DNA of 22,697 nt, taken from the NCBI GenBank assembly GCA_029856155.1, contig JAHQWL010000073.1, positions 1 to 22,697 of the forward strand. Reading direction: 5' to 3'. The stretch comes from Promethearchaeia archaeon (GTDB lineage Archaea > Asgardarchaeota > Lokiarchaeia > Sigyniarchaeales > SOKP01). A model generated the notes under the pieces. That model saw only the letters and a list, made by a program, of their open reading frames with translations, searched no databases and was not told the origin of the DNA. The position numbers were made by a program, and so were the translations under genes. This document shows, piece by piece, positions 8,294 to 16,840 of this stretch. The stretch's first letter is position 1; every line of letters starts with the position of its first letter.

Positions 8294-11200
8294 ATGAAAT
8301 TGGCTAATAAACTTGAATTGATTTATATTCCTGTAACTTACTGGAATGAACCTTCTAGTGGTTTTAAATTGATATCTCAAGGAAAACAACTTCCTCAAAA
8401 TACTAGCTTTTTTCTTTTATGGATTCCTTCAAATGAATCAGAAAAAGAGCTCACCGAGCAAATAAAACTTATATTTCCACATATTCCTATAAATAAACTT
8501 TTATCATGTAAAATTAACCTTGCGATTCCTTTTAGTTTGTCAAATACAAAAAACAATGAAATTAATTCGAAGAAATTCTTTCAAGTTGTATCTCACTTAG
8601 GAAAAATAATACCTATCTCACCAGCAACAAAATTACTTTACCAATTAGAAATAATAGAAAATACTGATCGTAGTAAAATACATTATAGTAATTCAATTAA
8701 AACATGGGCTCTTCTAACAAAATTTGTTTTTGAGTTGTTAAATAAAGGTCAATTCGTGCCTATGCTAGAAAGTACCTCCCAGAAGTTTTATAACGGTCAA
8801 TGGCGTTTAATTTTAAAATCTCAATTTGATAATGATCGTTTTAAATCTATTTTGAATAATAGTTATTGGCCAGCTTTTTGTCTACCCATAGATTTCTTCC
8901 GCGAAGAAGGGATTATTAAAACTAATGCCCTTTGGCACCCATCTTACATTTTTTCAACATTCATTGATAGTGTTGGAGATTTTTTGATACGATCTACATT
9001 AAATAAGAGTAAATTTCAAACTTTTGAAGAATTTTATAGCACTGAAAGAAAAAAAGAAATTGATCCCGATTTTAAATTAAGTTGGGATTATAAATTCCTT
9101 AAAGCGCTTATCAGAAAAGATTCTAGCTTTAAAGTAGATGAATTTTATGAAACTATACTCCCTATAATAATTAAGAATTGGACCCAATCAGCTCAAGGAT
9201 TTCAATTAAAACATGAATTTACTTTAAGTATAGAATTAAAATATCCAGAAAAAGTAGAAAATGAGTGGTCATTAATATTTTCCCTTTTATTACATGATGG
9301 AATTAAAACTATTCCTTTAAATGAACTCTGGGAAGGAAATAAATTAAAAGAAAAAGAAATTTCAAAATTACTTGAAAGTGATGAACATTATTTAGAAACA
9401 ATTTTAAGAGCTTTAGGAGCAGCTTCAAAAATTTTTCCACCAATTAAAAGGGCATTTATAGACAAAATTCAGCATCAAGTCAACCTTACTTCAAGTGAAG
9501 TAATAGATTTTTTGAAATATCCAAAAGATCTTTTAATTCAAATAGGGTTTAATATTGTTCTACCTAATGTTTTCACAAGAGGAGGAAAACAAAGGTTAAC
9601 AGCCAGGTTGATTATTCGATCAAAAAATAATATAAAGTTAAAAAAAGGAAAATCCACTGTTTTGCCATCAATATTTGATATCAATTCAATCTTAGAGGCG
9701 AAATGGGAAGCCAGTCTTGGTGGAAAAACAATCACAGAAAATGAATTCCATAATTTGATTAACTCTAACGAACCTCTGATTAATCTAAGAGGAGAATGGA
9801 TTTTAGTTGATCAACGGGATCTTGAAGATTTAAAAAATATTAAAGAAACTGAAACAAAAAGTTATATAGATGCTTTAAAGCTTGGCTTGATGGGAGAGAT
9901 TCAATTAAAAGAAAATGGACACACATATGATGTAGTTGTTGAAGGAGAACTAAATGAAATTATTAAAAGGATACAATCAATAGATTCTTTCGAGGAGATA
10001 CCTTGTCCATCTTCGTTTAAAGGGAACCTGCGTCATTATCAGCAAGCAAGTCTTGCGTGGATGGGGAATATGATAAAGTTTAACTTTGGATTGTGTTTGG
10101 CTGACGACATGGGGCTTGGAAAAACTATTCAGATCATTGCATTTTTACTTTATCTTAAAGAAAATTATCCAAATAATCCAGGAGCTGTTTTAATTGTGTG
10201 TCCCACTTCAATATTATTTAATTGGTACCGTGAATTAAAGAAATTTGCTCCTGATTTAGATGTTGTACTTCATCATGGAGCTAGACGATATAAAAAAGCT
10301 TCTGAAATTCCAGAATTCTTAGAACCACACCGAATTTTTTTAACATCTTATGGAACTATTAGAAATGATATTGATTTCATAGAAACAATTCGATTCAGTG
10401 GAATTATTGTAGATGAAAGCCAAAATATGAAAAATTACACCTCAAAACAGACGCAAGCAATATACAAATTACAAAGTCAATACAGAATTTGTTTAAGTGG
10501 AACACCTATAGAAAATCGTTTACTTGAGCTCTGGTCATTATTTAACTTTTTGAATCCTGGCCTTTTAGGAACTAAAACTGAATTTCAAAGGAATTTTATC
10601 TTACCAATAGAACGATTTCAAGACCAAGACGCAATAGATAAATTAAAACTAATCATTTCACCATTTATCATGCGTCGGGTTAAGTCTGATAAAAATATAA
10701 TTAGTGATTTACCTGAAAAGAATGAAATGAAGCTTTATATTGAATTGAGTGATGAGCAAAAAAAAATATATAGAGAGCTCGTAGAAGAATCTCTTAAAGA
10801 AATTGAAAGTATTTCTTCTGATGACAAAAAGAAAAGGGGATTAATACTTGGATTATTGGTAAAACTAAAACAGATTTGTAATCATCCATTTCAATATTTA
10901 AAAATTAATGCGGAATCCGTTAATACTAAGTTAAAAATGAAAGAATTTGTTTCTCAATCACAAAAAGTAGAAAGATTATTAGAGATGACTGATGAAGTCA
11001 TTATAAATGGAGGGAAAGTTTTGATCTTCACTCAGTTTACTCAAATGGGAGATTTATTGCATAAAATACTCGAGAAAAAACACGATTTTAGGATTCTATA
11101 TTTTCATGGAGGCGTGCCAGAAAAGAAGAGAAGAGAAATCATTGATGACTTTCAATCTGAAGATATTGAAAGTCCGCCTATATTGATATTATCGTTAAAA

Positions 11201-11491
11201 GCTGGGGGCACGGGATTAAATTTAACTCAAGGAACTACTGTCATCCATTACGATCGTTGGTGGAATCCAGCAGTAGAAGATCAAGCTACAGACAGAGCCT
11301 ACAGAATAGGACAGAAATCAATCGTAAATGTTTATAAGTTCATTACTATTGGAAGCATTGAAGAAAAAATAGATATCTTATTAGAAGAAAAACGGGATTT
11401 AGCCGATAAGATTGTTTCATCTACGGGAGAATCTTGGATTTCTGACTTAGATGATGAAAAATTAAAAGAATTATTAACATTAAGTAGCTAA
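8294..11491 (+). CDS. SNF2/SWI2-family ATPase (prokaryotic YwqA/SsoRad54-like, with long N-terminal region)
   Basis: LRHYQ, LADDMGLGKT, VCPTS..NW, DESQ, LSGTPIENRLLELW, RRVK, LKQICNHP, LIFTQF, SLKAGGTGLNL, DRWWNPAVEDQATDRAYRIGQ. Confidence 0.95.
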   Translation: MKLANKLELIYIPVTYWNEPSSGFKLISQGKQLPQNTSFFLLWIPSNESEKELTEQIKLIFPHIPINKLLSCKINLAIPFSLSNTKNNEINSKKFFQVVSHLGKIIPISPATKLLYQLEIIENTDRSKIHYSNSIKTWALLTKFVFELLNKGQFVPMLESTSQKFYNGQWRLILKSQFDNDRFKSILNNSYWPAFCLPIDFFREEGIIKTNALWHPSYIFSTFIDSVGDFLIRSTLNKSKFQTFEEFYSTERKKEIDPDFKLSWDYKFLKALIRKDSSFKVDEFYETILPIIIKNWTQSAQGFQLKHEFTLSIELKYPEKVENEWSLIFSLLLHDGIKTIPLNELWEGNKLKEKEISKLLESDEHYLETILRALGAASKIFPPIKRAFIDKIQHQVNLTSSEVIDFLKYPKDLLIQIGFNIVLPNVFTRGGKQRLTARLIIRSKNNIKLKKGKSTVLPSIFDINSILEAKWEASLGGKTITENEFHNLINSNEPLINLRGEWILVDQRDLEDLKNIKETETKSYIDALKLGLMGEIQLKENGHTYDVVVEGELNEIIKRIQSIDSFEEIPCPSSFKGNLRHYQQASLAWMGNMIKFNFGLCLADDMGLGKTIQIIAFLLYLKENYPNNPGAVLIVCPTSILFNWYRELKKFAPDLDVVLHHGARRYKKASEIPEFLEPHRIFLTSYGTIRNDIDFIETIRFSGIIVDESQNMKNYTSKQTQAIYKLQSQYRICLSGTPIENRLLELWSLFNFLNPGLLGTKTEFQRNFILPIERFQDQDAIDKLKLIISPFIMRRVKSDKNIISDLPEKNEMKLYIELSDEQKKIYRELVEESLKEIESISSDDKKKRGLILGLLVKLKQICNHPFQYLKINAESVNTKLKMKEFVSQSQKVERLLEMTDEVIINGGKVLIFTQFTQMGDLLHKILEKKHDFRILYFHGGVPEKKRREIIDDFQSEDIESPPILILSLKAGGTGLNLTQGTTVIHYDRWWNPAVEDQATDRAYRIGQKSIVNVYKFITIGSIEEKIDILLEEKRDLADKIVSSTGESWISDLDDEKLKELLTLSS

Positions 11492-11509
11492 AAAATAAAG
11501 TGATTAAAA

Positions 11510-12451
11510 ATCGATAATAGAAAAAAAGAATATTTAGAAAGTAGAAGATTTAAGCGGAAAGGATCTGAAACTTTAAAAAGAAAGACGGATTATGAAAAAC
11601 AGCGCACTCGTGAGGAAGTAGAGCAAATTAAAAAAAATTTGATTAATTTTGCCAAAACATCGTGGGGAAAAGAGTGGATTCAATCAAATTTGAAAATTGG
11701 ACGCCCCTTTAGAATGCAGCGAGGGATTGAATATGTACAAGACAAAAGACGCATCGATAATATCTCCATTAACCCAGGACTAATTTTTGCTACTGTTCAA
11801 GGTACAGCACCAACACCATACAGAGTAAAAATCAATTTTGAAACAATACCTGAAGATAAATGGGATATTATACTTGATAAGCTCGCCAATAAAACCGTTA
11901 ATCTCATAGAATTATTAGATGGTCTCCTACCAGAAGATTTAATTTCTATTTTTAATGAAAGCAATTATTCTTTATTTCCAGATGCAGAGAAAGGATTAAA
12001 TGCTACTTGTTCTTGTCCTGATAAGGCAATCCCCTGCAAACATATTGCTGCTGTAATTCTATATCTTGCTCGTGTTATAGACTATAATCCATTTCTGTTA
12101 TTAGAATTAAGAGGAAAAACAAAAAGTGAAATTCTAAATGATTTAAGTCTATTGCATTCAGTAGAAAGTGAACAAAGGACTGAAAGAGACTCAGGTTTAC
12201 ATAAATACGATTTTAAATTTAATATACCACAAATCTCTATTCAAGATTTATCTATTGAAAAAAACACTACCGGATTTGATGAATTTACTATTCATTTTAA
12301 CCTTAAAAAACCAGGAAATATCATAGAAATTTTGGAAAATTTAGGTATCCCACAAATTGTTGAAAATAAAGCTTTTGAAATCGTTTTAAGAGCGATTTAT
12401 CATACAATTACATCTGAGACATATCGTTTGTCATTAGAACTAAGTAATTAA
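11510..12451 (+). CDS. SWIM zinc-finger protein (YwqB-like), partner of the SNF2 ATPase; start uncertain (ATC 11510 or TTG 11639)
   Basis: WGKEW, RMQRGIEY, ATVQGT..PYRV, CSCPD..PCKHIAAV, NPFLLLELRG. The frame is open from 11504 with no ATG before TTG 11639. Confidence 0.88.
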   Translation: MDNRKKEYLESRRFKRKGSETLKRKTDYEKQRTREEVEQIKKNLINFAKTSWGKEWIQSNLKIGRPFRMQRGIEYVQDKRRIDNISINPGLIFATVQGTAPTPYRVKINFETIPEDKWDIILDKLANKTVNLIELLDGLLPEDLISIFNESNYSLFPDAEKGLNATCSCPDKAIPCKHIAAVILYLARVIDYNPFLLLELRGKTKSEILNDLSLLHSVESEQRTERDSGLHKYDFKFNIPQISIQDLSIEKNTTGFDEFTIHFNLKKPGNIIEILENLGIPQIVENKAFEIVLRAIYHTITSETYRLSLELSN

Positions 12452-12531
12452 TTTAAATCTTATATTTGAAAAAACATTAAAAAAAAAAGGTAATTAAAAA
12501 AGTTTAATTAAAAAAAAACTCAATTCTCCAA

Positions 12532-12882
12532 TTATTTTATTCTTTTGAGAATAAAAAGAGCTAATGCCATAATACCACCAATTATGCTCCAGATTATTGC
12601 AGTCCACATCCATACTAATGTATTACCGGGAAAATAAGGATAAAAAATCCATAGAAGTACCAAGATAACTGCCTAAATGGTGCTAATAATTTTTTCATTT
12701 CTTTTACTCTCAGTCATGAAAAATATTGTCCCTATGACTCCCCCAATGATAGTCCAAATTATTGCTAACCACATCCAAAAGAATATAGCACCAGGAAAGT
12801 ACGGATAAGCAATCCATAAAAATACTAAAATAGGGATCCAAATTACAGCAAATATTTTTTGTGTTTTCTCTAAATCAACCAT
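12532..12882 (-). pseudogene. Small 4-TM membrane protein with an internal duplication, interrupted by an in-frame TAG at 12675-12673
   Basis: Read-through gives MVDLEKTQKIFAVIWIPILVFLWIAYPYFPGAIFFWMWLAIIWTIIGGVIG...EKIISTI*AVILVLLWIFYPYFPGNTLVWMWTAIIWSIIGGIMALALFILKRIK-TAA. The TAG aligns with a Trp in repeat 1. Confidence 0.8.
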
Positions 12883-12992
12883 TTTAGGCAACACCAAATT
12901 AATAATATTATTATATTAAATTTGTTTTTATATAAATCTAATACATTTATGTTGCTCAATTATAAAGAGGTTTTTTCAAATTTATCTAATTT

Positions 12993-13721
12993 TTAATTAT
13001 CAAGACTCCCTACTTTTGGATATAATTCTATTTTTCGACCTTTTCCTTTAAGAGTGATTAAATTATTCTCTGATAGTTTATCTATGTGATATTTAACAGT
13101 GTTTCGAGCAAGATTAATCTTTTTAGAAATCTCTGATGATGAAATTCCTGGATTTTTCTGAATTAATTCAAATACTTTATTAGTTGTTTCTGATTTAACT
13201 AGTAGATTTTTAAATTTTTCAATTGATTCAATAGAGGAAGTAATTGGAAAATATATTGTATATTGACCATATTTTTCTTTTTTTATAATACGATTCTTTA
13301 ATAAAACATCTAAATGCCACTGTAATTGTCCTTTTTGAAGATCACAGTTTCGTAGTAATTCATTTTGGTGTATTCCAGGATTATTAAGGATTTCCCTTAA
13401 TATATTCAAACGGTTTTCATTTTCAAATATATCTGTAAGGCTTAAATAAGATCTTCCTTTTTTTATTTGAGGCCTTCTTATAATGTACCCTTTGTATTCT
13501 TTTAAAGTAAGCACTTCAAAAATAGAAATTAAAAAAAGAAATGTGATTAATAGAGATATTATAACCAATTCAATAGTATAAATTCTTTCAAAACCAAAAT
13601 AATCAAGTTTTGAAGTAATTAATTGACTTAGAATAATTGAGAGTAATGTAAAGGAAGAAATTATCAGTAAAGCTTTTATTAGTAAGTAAAAATTAAATTT
13701 TTTCAGTCGCATGAAATTCAA
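12993..13721 (-). CDS. Membrane-anchored transcriptional regulator with two winged-HTH domains (COG3398-like)
   Basis: Two N-terminal hydrophobic helices; ENENRLNIL..I.NNPGIHQNELLR..LQWHLDVL; second HTH IQKNPGISSSEISKKINLARNTVKYHIDKL. Alternative start ATG 13712. Confidence 0.85.
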   Translation of the reverse strand: MNFMRLKKFNFYLLIKALLIISSFTLLSIILSQLITSKLDYFGFERIYTIELVIISLLITFLFLISIFEVLTLKEYKGYIIRRPQIKKGRSYLSLTDIFENENRLNILREILNNPGIHQNELLRNCDLQKGQLQWHLDVLLKNRIIKKEKYGQYTIYFPITSSIESIEKFKNLLVKSETTNKVFELIQKNPGISSSEISKKINLARNTVKYHIDKLSENNLITLKGKGRKIELYPKVGSLDN

Positions 13722-14335
13722 TATTCATTTTTATCAAATAAAAAGTATTTTTTTTTAGTTTTATTTCTTTTTAGTTTTAAAAAGGGAAACATAAATGGTA
13801 CGTTCTCGACATAATCTAAGAATTTTTCTCCATATTTAGCTTTTAAGGCATAATCTTCAATTTTTGCTAAAAAAAGGTATGCCAATACCTCACCAATCCA
13901 AATTAAAAATATAAAAGTATACTTTTCAATATTTACATCAAAAATTATAACTGGGGAAGTTTGATAAACTATTAAGGTCAAACCAAAAGTCATAATGATT
14001 AAAGCGATATATTGAGGGTGTCTCACGTATTTATATGGTCCCGTTCGAATTAGTTGGTTTCTGTGAGTTAATTGATAAATTAGAGAGCATATAAAAAATA
14101 TGAACCCACATAGAGCAATATATAGTTCATAACTACCAAAAAAGAATCTTATATCAGATACTAGAATTTCAGGATATTGAAAAAAGAAACTTAAATAAGT
14201 GATTAAAGGAACACTCATAATACCATACCATATAGCCGTACAAGGAACATATTGGAAGATTGGGATTAAAATAGAAGATATACTAGTGAAAATTGAGCAC
14301 ATTTTATTTCTTATCTTATCTCTATTAAGATTCAT
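13718..14335 (-). CDS. Isoprenylcysteine carboxyl methyltransferase / PEMT-family membrane methyltransferase
   Basis: LIRTGPYKYVRHPQY and IEDYALKAKYGEKFLDYVENVP motifs, plus several TM helices. Confidence 0.85.
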   Translation of the reverse strand: MNLNRDKIRNKMCSIFTSISSILIPIFQYVPCTAIWYGIMSVPLITYLSFFFQYPEILVSDIRFFFGSYELYIALCGFIFFICSLIYQLTHRNQLIRTGPYKYVRHPQYIALIIMTFGLTLIVYQTSPVIIFDVNIEKYTFIFLIWIGEVLAYLFLAKIEDYALKAKYGEKFLDYVENVPFMFPFLKLKRNKTKKKYFLFDKNEY

Positions 14336-14414
14336 TCAAATTTACCTTTTTATTTTGAGTTTTATTAATAAGTAAGAAATAACTCTGTTTTTAAACATTT
14401 AAGGTGCACTTTTC

Positions 14415-14450
14415 GAACATTTTAAAAGTTCTAATATTGTTTCAATATTA
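14415..14450. promoter_or_regulatory. Two adjacent palindromes in a divergent promoter region (candidate operator sites)
   Basis: GAACATTTTAAAAGTTC (14415-14431, near-palindrome) followed immediately by TAATATTG-TTT-CAATATTA (14432-14450, perfect 8-bp arms). Confidence 0.4.
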
Positions 14451-14477
14451 ATCAAATATATATTGGGTACTATTATC

Positions 14478-15263
14478 ATGCCAAGAGAGAAGGTTAAAGA
14501 TATTGAGATATTTTATGAAATAACTGGAGAGGGAGAAAATTTACTTCTTATTCATGGGTTAGGATCAAGCACACATGATTGGGAAGAACAAGTTCCAATT
14601 TTTTCTCAAAGATATCAAGTTATGGCTATTGACCTTAGGGGTCATGGAAAAACAGATAAACCTAAAGGACCTTACAGCATGCGTATGTTTGCTGAAGATA
14701 TCGCCGAATTACTAAAAAAGTTAGGAATAAAATTAACTCATGTGTTAGGAATTTCTTTAGGGGGTGGCATTGCATTTCAATTTGCTGTAGATTATCCCGA
14801 ATTGGTAAAAAGCCTTATCATTGTAAATGCAGGAATAGAAATATCAGTAGATTCATTTAAAATGAAATTAGAAGCGTTTAAGCGTACATTTATAGTCAAG
14901 TTAGTTGGAATGAAAAAAATGGGCAAAGTACTTGCCCCTAGATTGTTCATAAAACCTGAACAAGAAGATTTACGAGAAAAATTAATAGAAAGATGGGCAG
15001 AAAATGATAAAAAAGCTTATATATCTGCAATGCGGGCATTAATCGGTTGGAGTGTTCGAGATCAACTTGATAAAATTACATTTCCAACACTTATTATCGG
15101 ATCAGATGAGGATTATGCCCCTTCATCAATTAAAGAAGAATATACTGCCTTAATCCCTAATGCTAAATTTGTAGAGATTAAGGATGCCAGACATGCTGTT
15201 CCAATGGAGAAGCCTAAGGAATTTAATGAAATTGTTATGAAATTTCTTACAGAACTATCTTAA
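14478..15263 (+). CDS. Alpha/beta hydrolase (3-oxoadipate enol-lactonase-like)
   Basis: LIHGLG, DLRGHG, GISLGG nucleophile elbow, PTLIIGSDED, ARHAVPMEKP. Start likely ATG 14478. Confidence 0.9.
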   Translation: MPREKVKDIEIFYEITGEGENLLLIHGLGSSTHDWEEQVPIFSQRYQVMAIDLRGHGKTDKPKGPYSMRMFAEDIAELLKKLGIKLTHVLGISLGGGIAFQFAVDYPELVKSLIIVNAGIEISVDSFKMKLEAFKRTFIVKLVGMKKMGKVLAPRLFIKPEQEDLREKLIERWAENDKKAYISAMRALIGWSVRDQLDKITFPTLIIGSDEDYAPSSIKEEYTALIPNAKFVEIKDARHAVPMEKPKEFNEIVMKFLTELS

Positions 15264-15272
15264 ATATTATAT

Positions 15273-15557
15273 CTATGATTTTTGGTCTGTCGGTTTTTGT
15301 TCTTCAAAAGCTTCATTACAAACCCAACACTTATTTTCTAATTTGCTAATTTTTTCAGCACAATTAATGCAATAAAGAGCCTTACATTCCGGGCAAATAT
15401 AATTTATCCTCTCTACACTTTTTTTACAAACGAGGCATATCATTTTTTCCCTATGAAAGGTTACCTCTTCTTCAGTGATATCTTCTGGTCGCTTAGTTAA
15501 CCTAAATAAGGATTCTTCAATTTTAACTTCTGTTTTTGGAGTTTTTTCTTTAGGCAT
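15273..15557 (-). CDS. Small soluble protein consisting of a C4C4 RING-like zinc finger; paralog of the neighbouring 7TM protein's tail
   Basis: ITEEEVTFHREKMI-CLVC-x10-CPEC-x4-CINC-x10-CWVC-NEAF. No hydrophobic segment. Confidence 0.8.
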   Translation of the reverse strand: MPKEKTPKTEVKIEESLFRLTKRPEDITEEEVTFHREKMICLVCKKSVERINYICPECKALYCINCAEKISKLENKCWVCNEAFEEQKPTDQKS

Positions 15558-15611
15558 CTTAATTAATTAAATATTTTTAGTTAAAAATGAAGAAGAAATT
15601 TATTAATTTTA

Positions 15612-16595
15612 TTATTTTGACGTGTCTTTTTCATGAAATTTAAGAACGTCTGGTTCGTCGCCTTCTTTATATGGTTTTACAGGCTTATTTTTATCTATTG
15701 CTTCATTACAAACCCAACACACATTTTCTAAATCGCTTAATGCGTGAAAACAATTAAGACAATAAAGAGTGTTACACTTAGGGCACATATAATTTGCCCG
15801 TGACACATTTCCTTTACATACTAAGCAGATATTCCTTTCCTTATGAAAAGAAACCTCTTCTTCAGAGACTTTTACTCGCTTTATACGTCTTTCAGGTTCT
15901 TGTCTTAATCCTAAATATGCAAAGATAAAATTACTCATAGCACCAATTCTTACTAATACTAACGTAATCCCCGAAGTTAAACTATCTAGCATTCCAAATC
16001 CGACTACAAATATGACTGATATTGATAAGAAGAAGAATTTTTTACGTATTACGCCTTTAAACTTAAAGGCTTTGTATAAATAACCGAATCCTGCAAATAC
16101 AAGAAGAATAAGAAAATTTATTAATCCAAAGAAGCTTGAGAAACCAGCTGGATCGAGACCTGCTTTGTGAATAAAACCTGTTAGTGGAGGTTCTATAAAA
16201 ATTACAACCCCCAATGGATTTAAAATTGTTCCAAGCATAGTAAATCCAACATATACCAAAAATGGTGTTAGTACGTACCACTTCTTTTTAGGTGCTAAAA
16301 ACTCTGAAGCAATGTAATATATGAATATCGCTGCGATGGGAGCAGGTATCCACATCAGATATACATAAAGAACCTTATTTATACTGTTTTCTGTCAAAAG
16401 AACTGAAATAAACTCGATCACAATTGGAAGCCATGCTGTGGCAGCAAACATAAAGCCTATGCTATATATTGTTAATAACCTAATTTTTAGTTTTCTTGAT
16501 TTATATAAGAAAAAGAAACCAACAATATATCCAAAAATCACTATACCCATTGTTGACAGTCCAATAAGCCAATCTTCGGAAGAGAAGTCAACCAT
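15612..16595 (-). CDS. Seven-transmembrane protein with a C-terminal C4C4 RING-like zinc finger
   Basis: Seven hydrophobic segments by eye, then VSEEEVSFHKERNI-CLVC-x10-CPKC-x4-CLNC-x10-CWVC-NEAI (finger at 15708-15827). Confidence 0.85.
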   Translation of the reverse strand: MVDFSSEDWLIGLSTMGIVIFGYIVGFFFLYKSRKLKIRLLTIYSIGFMFAATAWLPIVIEFISVLLTENSINKVLYVYLMWIPAPIAAIFIYYIASEFLAPKKKWYVLTPFLVYVGFTMLGTILNPLGVVIFIEPPLTGFIHKAGLDPAGFSSFFGLINFLILLVFAGFGYLYKAFKFKGVIRKKFFFLSISVIFVVGFGMLDSLTSGITLVLVRIGAMSNFIFAYLGLRQEPERRIKRVKVSEEEVSFHKERNICLVCKGNVSRANYMCPKCNTLYCLNCFHALSDLENVCWVCNEAIDKNKPVKPYKEGDEPDVLKFHEKDTSK

Positions 16596-16840
16596 GCTTT
16601 TCGCCCCTTTATAAGAGTAATTTATTATAAAATTGGAATTATAATTATTAAATATTAAGAGAAGATTATATAAAAAAATTTAGAAATATGAGACTCTAAA
16701 ATAATTCGCAATAGTTGTTTAATAGAAGGAAATTTATAATGGATTATTCTTGAATAGTAAATTCAAAAAATTTAATTATCCATTCCCATTTTTGTTAAGC
16801 ATATATTTTTAATTTAAAGAAATTAAGATAAGATTAGGTT

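Noticed and set aside
12673-12675. Genome-wide TAG recoding (e.g. pyrrolysine code)
   Set aside because: TAG serves as the apparent normal stop of thrH (6387-6389) and the small RING gene (15273-15275), and no other gene here has an internal TAG.
13718-13760. Frameshifted ICMT-wHTH fusion via the T9 run at ~13748-13756
   Set aside because: Both ORFs look complete with plausible starts and stops; a fusion cannot be supported without homologs.
16738-16784. Nested inverted repeat AATGGATTATT..TTGAAT-AGTAA-ATTCAA..AATTATCCATT as an ncRNA or SECIS
   Set aside because: It is AT-rich, lies in a divergent promoter region, lacks a clear AUGA/GA core, and no TGA-interrupted selenoprotein gene is nearby.
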